Shown here in pieces: positions 47,755 to 51,471 of a stretch of 51,471 nt of DNA (position 1 is the first letter of the stretch; every line of letters starts with the position of its first letter). Source of the stretch: Octopus bimaculoides (taxonomy: Eukaryota); the NCBI RefSeq assembly GCF_001194135.2, contig NC_068984.1, positions 13,984,634 through 14,036,104 of the forward strand, written 5' to 3'. The position numbers and the translations under genes are program-made. The notes beneath the pieces were generated by a model that searched no databases, was not told the origin of the DNA, and saw only the letters and a list, made by a program, of their open reading frames with translations.

Positions 47755-48185
47755 GTTGGTGGTGAGCTGGCAGAAACGTTAGCACGCCTAGCGAAATGCT
47801 TAGCGCCATTTCGTCTGTCTTTACGTTCTGAGTTCAAATTCCGTCGAGGTCGGTTTTGCCCTTCGTCCTTTTAAGGTCGATAAATTAAGTACCAGTTACG
47901 CACTGGGGTCCACGTAATAGATTTAGTCCCTTTGTCTGTCCTTGTTTGTCCACTCTATGTTTAGCCCCTTGTGGGCAATAAAGAAATAAGAAACGTTAGC
48001 ACGCCTAGCGAAATGCTTAGCGGTATTTCATCTGTCTTTACGTTCTGAGTTCAAAATCCGCCGAGGTCAACTTTGCCTTTCATCCTTTTAGGATCAATAA
48101 ATTAAGTACCAGTTACGTACTGGGGTCGATCTAATTGACTGGTCCCCTCCCCCAAAATTTCGAGCCTTCTGTCTTGAGTAGAAAA
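47755..48185 (+). mobile_element. SINE family B heterodimer (tail 1 then tail 2)
   Basis: aaagaaata|agaaacgttagc junction at about 47989. Confidence 0.88.
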
Positions 48186-48491
48186 GGAATAATGGGGAAA
48201 ATATAGCCATTGAACTTGTAAAGTATTGTTAGTTTCACTGGCATATATAGCTGAAATGCCGGACCAAAGAATGCATATGGTCTCTAGAGGGTGGTGCCAC
48301 TTAACAGAGGTCAGCTGATGGATGAAAACGCATCGGGATGAAAGGATAAGTACGTCAGTACTCAGCAGAGTTCTTCCAGCAAATAGTCAATGTATCAGAA
48401 AACATCGATCGAGAAAACTTTTGTAAACGCAATACGTTAGACAACTGAATATATCAATTGTGCTTGTGAGTGTATGTGGGTGCGTTTGTGA

Positions 48492-48559
<68 letters not shown>

Positions 48560-48689
48560 GTGTGTGGTCCACCCAGTGTAGAGAAAAGGTGTTGATCACA
48601 ACCAGTGCTCTTTTAAGTGGAGAGTGACAGCGAAGATGTCACTTTGAATAGATAAAACAAATTCAAAACTGTTTGTCTGTGCTGTTGAT

Positions 48690-49860
<1,171 letters not shown>

Positions 49861-50504
49861 TCGGACTTTAGGAATCTCTTCTCCCTCTCTTTCCTGTGGT
49901 GTTGACCTTCGGCACCTCAAGCAGAACATTAACGCCGCAAATCTTATCAATCTCAGAAGGCCTGTAAGAGTCGTGAGTTCTGAAACTTCCTCCACATTCG
50001 AGCAAGTAATACAGATGCGCACATACCTACACATGCACATTTGCATAACGTATCTTATTAAAAGAAGATTACGTTTTTGGATAGAAACTGGCTTTCCCTT
50101 CTAGCAGGTCATTCGAGCACATACAACCCTCGCTTTTTTTGTAGGGCTTTTAAAATTACACGTAGATAACGTAGGAGAGTGATGGTGGTGGTTGTGGTGG
50201 TGGTGGTGGTGGTGGTTGTGGTGTTGGTGGTGTTGGTGTTGGTGGTATTGGTGGTGGTGGTGGTGGTGGGTGTGTTGTAAGTGGTGGTGGTGGTATCGGT
50301 GGTGGTGATGTTGGTGTAGTGGTGGTATATTATTTGTTAAGAGAATATATTATTTATTAAGAGAATAATAGTGCCGATAAAGGAATGGAGTCCAGTTACC
50401 AGTTGTGTTTTGGCTATTTTCTAGTAAGGTATGAAGGGGACGTATTATAGGAGTAACACCAACTGATGAACATGTTGATCAGGGTTAATTTTCAAGCACC
50501 ATTT

Positions 50505-50690
50505 CAGGGTTAATGTTGCTTGTTTCAGTTGTTTTTCTGCGACCACGCTGGGGCACAGTCTAGAAGAGTTTTAGTCGAACAAATCGATTTCAGTACATAT
50601 TTTGTTTCAAAGTGTAGTTCATCGCTCTCTTTTGCAAAACCACTATGTTACGGAGAAAATAAACAAACCAACACCAGTTGTTAATTAGTG
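50505..50690 (-). mobile_element. SINE family A 3' fragment, diverged
   Basis: tgtttcagt..gaccacgctggggcac..ttagtcgaacaaatcga. Confidence 0.55.
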
Positions 50691-51104
50691 TAGGGTATAA
50701 AGGCAGATACAAGGTGAACCACACGTTCACTCAGAAATGCCCACATTTAATATAATATTCATATATATATATGTATTAATATTATAAGCCATGCATTTCC
50801 AAATATGAATATCTTCCCTGATTGATTTGCAGAAATAAGAGAACAGAAGTCACTATGTAAATTAAATTAGATTTAGCGGAACTTCTTCCTAGATATAATG
50901 CTTAAAAACCACTGCTAAAATGACCACTGATATTCAAACAACTTTCTTGTCAAACTCTGTTATTTAATTGTCTTTATTTGATGAGATTTATCTAAATTAA
51001 GTTGTCAAACTTAAACATTAAGTATTTAAAAGTTTTACTTTGGTTAGTTATATAACGTTAACGAAATGATCACCATTATCAGTGTCGCTATTAGAATTGC
51101 AAAA

Positions 51105-51471
51105 TCATCGTCATCACCATCATCATCATCACCATCATCGTCATCATTATCATCGTCTCACCATCATCGTCATCATTATCATCGTCATCATTATCATCGT
51201 CTCACCATCATCGTCATCACCATCATCGTCATCACCATCATCGTCATCACCATCATCGTCATCACCATCATCGTCATCACCATCATCGTCATCACCATCA
51301 TCGCCTTCATGGTCATCAATGCCGTGATCAGTGTCATCAGCATCGTTATCATCAGCTCCGTAATTATAGTCATCATCATCGTCATCATCACCATCAGCAC
51401 CACCAGTGGCAAATCATCATTAGGATTACCGTGATCGTTATCATCATCGTCATAATCATCATCATCATCAT
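51105..51471. repeat. (CAT)n-derived 15-bp minisatellite (TCATCACCATCATCG)n
   Basis: About seven near-perfect units at 51205-51305 within a longer degenerate tract. Confidence 0.9.

Noticed and set aside
9057-48185. Repeated conserved blocks with variable intervening DNA as a CRISPR-like array
   Set aside because: These are dispersed 230-450-bp SINEs in both orientations with TSDs. There is no regular repeat-spacer period and no cas genes.

Overview
AT-rich, microsatellite-laden metazoan genomic DNA with many N-gaps. From the SINE and LINE content it is most likely an octopod cephalopod (Octopus-like); this rests on my recognition of the repeats, not on a database search. There is no intact long gene. 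The window is mostly intronic or intergenic: several tRNA-derived SINE families (here A, B, D, E), decayed Penelope-like (RT + GIY-YIG), RTE and R4/Dong-like retroelements, a Tc1/mariner transposase remnant, a 236-bp foldback hairpin, and low-complexity tracts. A chain of small plus-strand exon candidates (24.4-35 kb) may encode a death-fold-like protein. There are two main observations. (1) The anticodon-like loop of SINE family B is a recurrent breakpoint. Two copies carry, at that loop, an inverted copy of a sequence lying 0.75-1.2 kb upstream, and three multimers are joined at the same loop. (2) A short element at 1096-1350 joins a tRNA-like Pol III head to a minimal hammerhead ribozyme. 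Identities were counted by eye and element boundaries are approximate unless a TSD or junction is given.
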